Sequence record: MN018232.1
Reading direction: 5' to 3' (one strand)
Length of the DNA: 64,000 bases
The notes beneath the pieces are model-generated. The model ran no database searches and was not told the origin of the DNA. It worked only from the letters and a program-made list of their open reading frames with translations. Shown one piece after another: positions 61,849-64,000 of the stretch; within the stretch, counting starts at the first letter, position 1, and each line of letters begins with the position of its first letter. A program made the translations under genes and the position numbers.

Positions 61849-62645
61849 CCCTCTTGTGGGGGTTGTACGTTAGATGGATCGGATACCCGACCCAGATATG
61901 GATTGAAGTCCATTAACTCAGAGATTTCCATCTGAGCCCCAGTCTGTGACCAGAAGTTGAATTGAGCTTGATAGTTGCTCTTGTGGAATACCTCCACATG
62001 GTCCTGGTGAATACTGGAACCTAGATCGGTCTTGTATAACAAAAGGGGAATGGCGTAAGTGTTACCAGAATTGTAGATGAGATCATCTGCAACAGGTCTT
62101 GGTCTTACATCATTATCAAGTTTGTATTTGTCACCACGACAGTGAAGACGAATTAGTTTCTCTGCGTGATGACGAGTGATAATATAACATGCTGTAGAGA
62201 ATTCATTCACGAAACGTTTATGAATCTTGATGTTGATATCACCAGTACAGATGATTGAGATCTGAGTTACATCCCAATCATATGGAATCTTACTAAAGAA
62301 ATCCCTCCATGTAAAGTTCCAGAACCTGACCAGATCAAGTTCACAATCATCTTCCATCATGATTGCGTATGGTTCACCACTATCATAGAACTCTTTGATA
62401 GCCTTGAGGTGAGAGGTCACACAACCGATCTCACCTGGTGAACACATGTCAGGGTACCTACCCTTCAGAATGTGTCCCAGATCGTCTTCTCGACCGTCGT
62501 AAGCGGACACACGGGTATAGTTAGTGATCTCCCAGTACTTGAACTGGTCCTCCATGTACTTCCATCTCTCGGGTTGTCCATCGAGATTGATACAATAGAT
62601 CTTTGGAAGACCTTGAAGTTTGAATACGGCTTTGTTTCTATCCAT
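61845..62645 (-). CDS. Glycosyltransferase family 25 (LPS-type)
   Basis: YCINLD...ERW...VSAYDG...GEIGC..SHL..I...MEDD. Confidence 0.85.
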   Translation of the reverse strand: MDRNKAVFKLQGLPKIYCINLDGQPERWKYMEDQFKYWEITNYTRVSAYDGREDDLGHILKGRYPDMCSPGEIGCVTSHLKAIKEFYDSGEPYAIMMEDDCELDLVRFWNFTWRDFFSKIPYDWDVTQISIICTGDINIKIHKRFVNEFSTACYIITRHHAEKLIRLHCRGDKYKLDNDVRPRPVADDLIYNSGNTYAIPLLLYKTDLGSSIHQDHVEVFHKSNYQAQFNFWSQTGAQMEISELMDFNPYLGRVSDPSNVQPPQEG

Positions 62646-63094
62646 TACAGTATTTCCCAATGGTCAGGGTACAAATCTTTAGTGTCTAAGTGAGCATTGT
62701 TTGGTCCAAACCATTTGGAAGGAGCAATGACTCTACCACAGTTTGCCAACCATGCACCCCACCATGAGAATGTAGAGTTGGCAATGATAAAGTCACTACA
62801 CTGAGTCATCAGGTACAGATCATGATAGGAACTGTTACCCTCAGACAGAAGGAATCTATCTGGTTTGAATAGTTCTTGAGAAGCAGCCCAGAATGGGTCA
62901 TCAGTGAATAGAATTACTTCCCTGTCTGGGTCAAACTTACTCAAGGCTTTCTCGTACCATTCAAGAGAAAGGTTGTGGTGATTACCACTGTTGATCAGAA
63001 AGTCTCCCCTACGAATATGTAAAGCAATGGGACTTTGATCGAACACCTCATCAACGATAGGTTCAGACTCTCCTTGAATCGTAGAGTTGAACTT
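62645..63094 (-). CDS. Glycosyltransferase family 11 (alpha-1,2-fucosyltransferase-like), C-terminal part
   Basis: [27 protein letters not shown]. Confidence 0.85.
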   Translation of the reverse strand, partial: KFNSTIQGESEPIVDEVFDQSPIALHIRRGDFLINSGNHHNLSLEWYEKALSKFDPDREVILFTDDPFWAASQELFKPDRFLLSEGNSSYHDLYLMTQCSDFIIANSTFSWWGAWLANCGRVIAPSKWFGPNNAHLDTKDLYPDHWEIL

Positions 63095-63100
63095 TGCAAC
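63088..63100. other. Breakpoint J10 (contig join, in-frame by chance)
   Basis: D1 tail stops at ESTPVA; GT11 lacks its N-terminal half. Confidence 0.8.
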
Positions 63101-64000
63101 AGGAGTGGACTCAGCAGCAGCCAGATCCAGTGGGAAGTTGTGAGCATTACGCTCGTGCATGACTTCCATTCCGAGACCTGCACGGTTCAGAACGTCAGCC
63201 CAGGTGTTGAGGACTTTACCCTCAGAGGACTGAATAGACTGGTTGAAGTTGAAGCCGTTCAGGTTGAATGCCATGGTGGAGACACCAAGTGCAGTGAACC
63301 AGATACCAATTACTGGCCATGCTGCCAGGAAGAAGTGAAGTGAACGGGAGTTGTTGAATGATGCGTATTGGAAGATCAGACGACCGAAGTAGCCATGAGC
63401 TGCAACGATGTTGTAAGTCTCTTCTTCTTGACCAAACTTGTAACCGTAGTTCTGTGACTCGTTCTCAGTGGTTTCACGAACCAGTGAGGAGGTAACCAGT
63501 GAACCATGCATTGCGGAGAACAGTGAACCACCGAAGACACCAGCGACACCCAACATGTGGAAGGGGTGCATCAGGATGTTGTGTTCTGCCTGGAAGACAA
63601 GCATGTAGTTGAAGGTACCAGAGATACCCAGGGGCATACCATCAGAGAAAGAACCTTGACCGAAAGGATAGACGAGGAAGACTGCAGATGCAGCTGCAAC
63701 AGGTGCAGAGTAAGCAACACAGATCCAAGGACGCATACCCAGTCTGTATGAAAGTTCCCACTCACGACCCATGTAGCAGAAGACGCCGATGAGGAAGTGG
63801 AAGACTACCAGTTGATAAGGACCACCATTGTAGAGCCATTCATCCAGAGATGCGGCTTCCCAAATGGGGTAGAAGTGAAGACCAATTGCGTTGGAAGAAG
63901 GAACAACTGCACCAGAGATGATGTTGTTACCGTACATCAGAGAACCAGCGACTGGTTCACGAATGCCATCGATGTCCACTGGGGGAGCAGCGATGAACGC
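63095..64000 (-). CDS. psbA: Photosystem II D1 protein (partial at both ends)
   Basis: [16 protein letters not shown]...HNILMHPFH...[12 protein letters not shown]...[13 protein letters not shown]. Confidence 0.98.

Noticed and set aside
1093-63765. Many 60-130-aa ORFs antisense to or nested in long genes (e.g. 1093-1326, 12361-12567, 16423-16734, 17651-18094, 63035-63343)
   Set aside because: Shadow ORFs of coding strands, with no motifs or expression signals.
62645-63979. In-frame psbA-glycosyltransferase (D1-GT11) fusion, 444-aa ORF, joined just after the CtpA cleavage site
   Set aside because: The join (about 63095) is one of the size-ordered breaks; D1 loses its last residues and GT11 its N-terminal half. 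An in-frame join happens one time in three by chance. It would need spanning reads to be revived.
1-64000. tRNA, rRNA, CRISPR array, introns/inteins, transposases
   Set aside because: None recognised by eye; the psbA portion present is uninterrupted. tRNAscan-SE and cmscan would be needed to exclude short RNAs.

Overview
The window comes from a large T4-like marine cyanomyophage (Kyanoviridae-type, probably infecting Synechococcus). It holds baseplate, tail and fibre genes, a small-ORF early region, replication and recombination genes, and host-derived genes (psbA, 2 hli, petF, pstS, mazG, a CP12-like protein, glycosyltransferases). It is not a contiguous genome. About 10 mid-gene breakpoints cut it into pieces whose lengths fall monotonically (about 9.2, 7.5, 7.1, 6.6, 6.25, 6.1, 5.9, 5.1, 4.9 kb), as expected for length-sorted contigs joined without spacers. 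Apparent fusions such as psbA-glycosyltransferase are therefore treated as artefacts. The strongest biological signal lies inside one piece (23082-25704): a CmoA-like Cx-SAM synthase, a glutaminase-less Asn-synthetase-like amide ligase, and a C5-cytosine methyltransferase whose motif-X Asn is replaced by Arg. Together these predict 5-carboxymethylcytosine DNA hypermodification. Other leads are an orphan HicA-like ORF missed by the ORF track, a repeated early-promoter module, and two outer-membrane barrels beside pstS with Pho-box-like repeats. All family assignments are by motif recognition; no searches were run.
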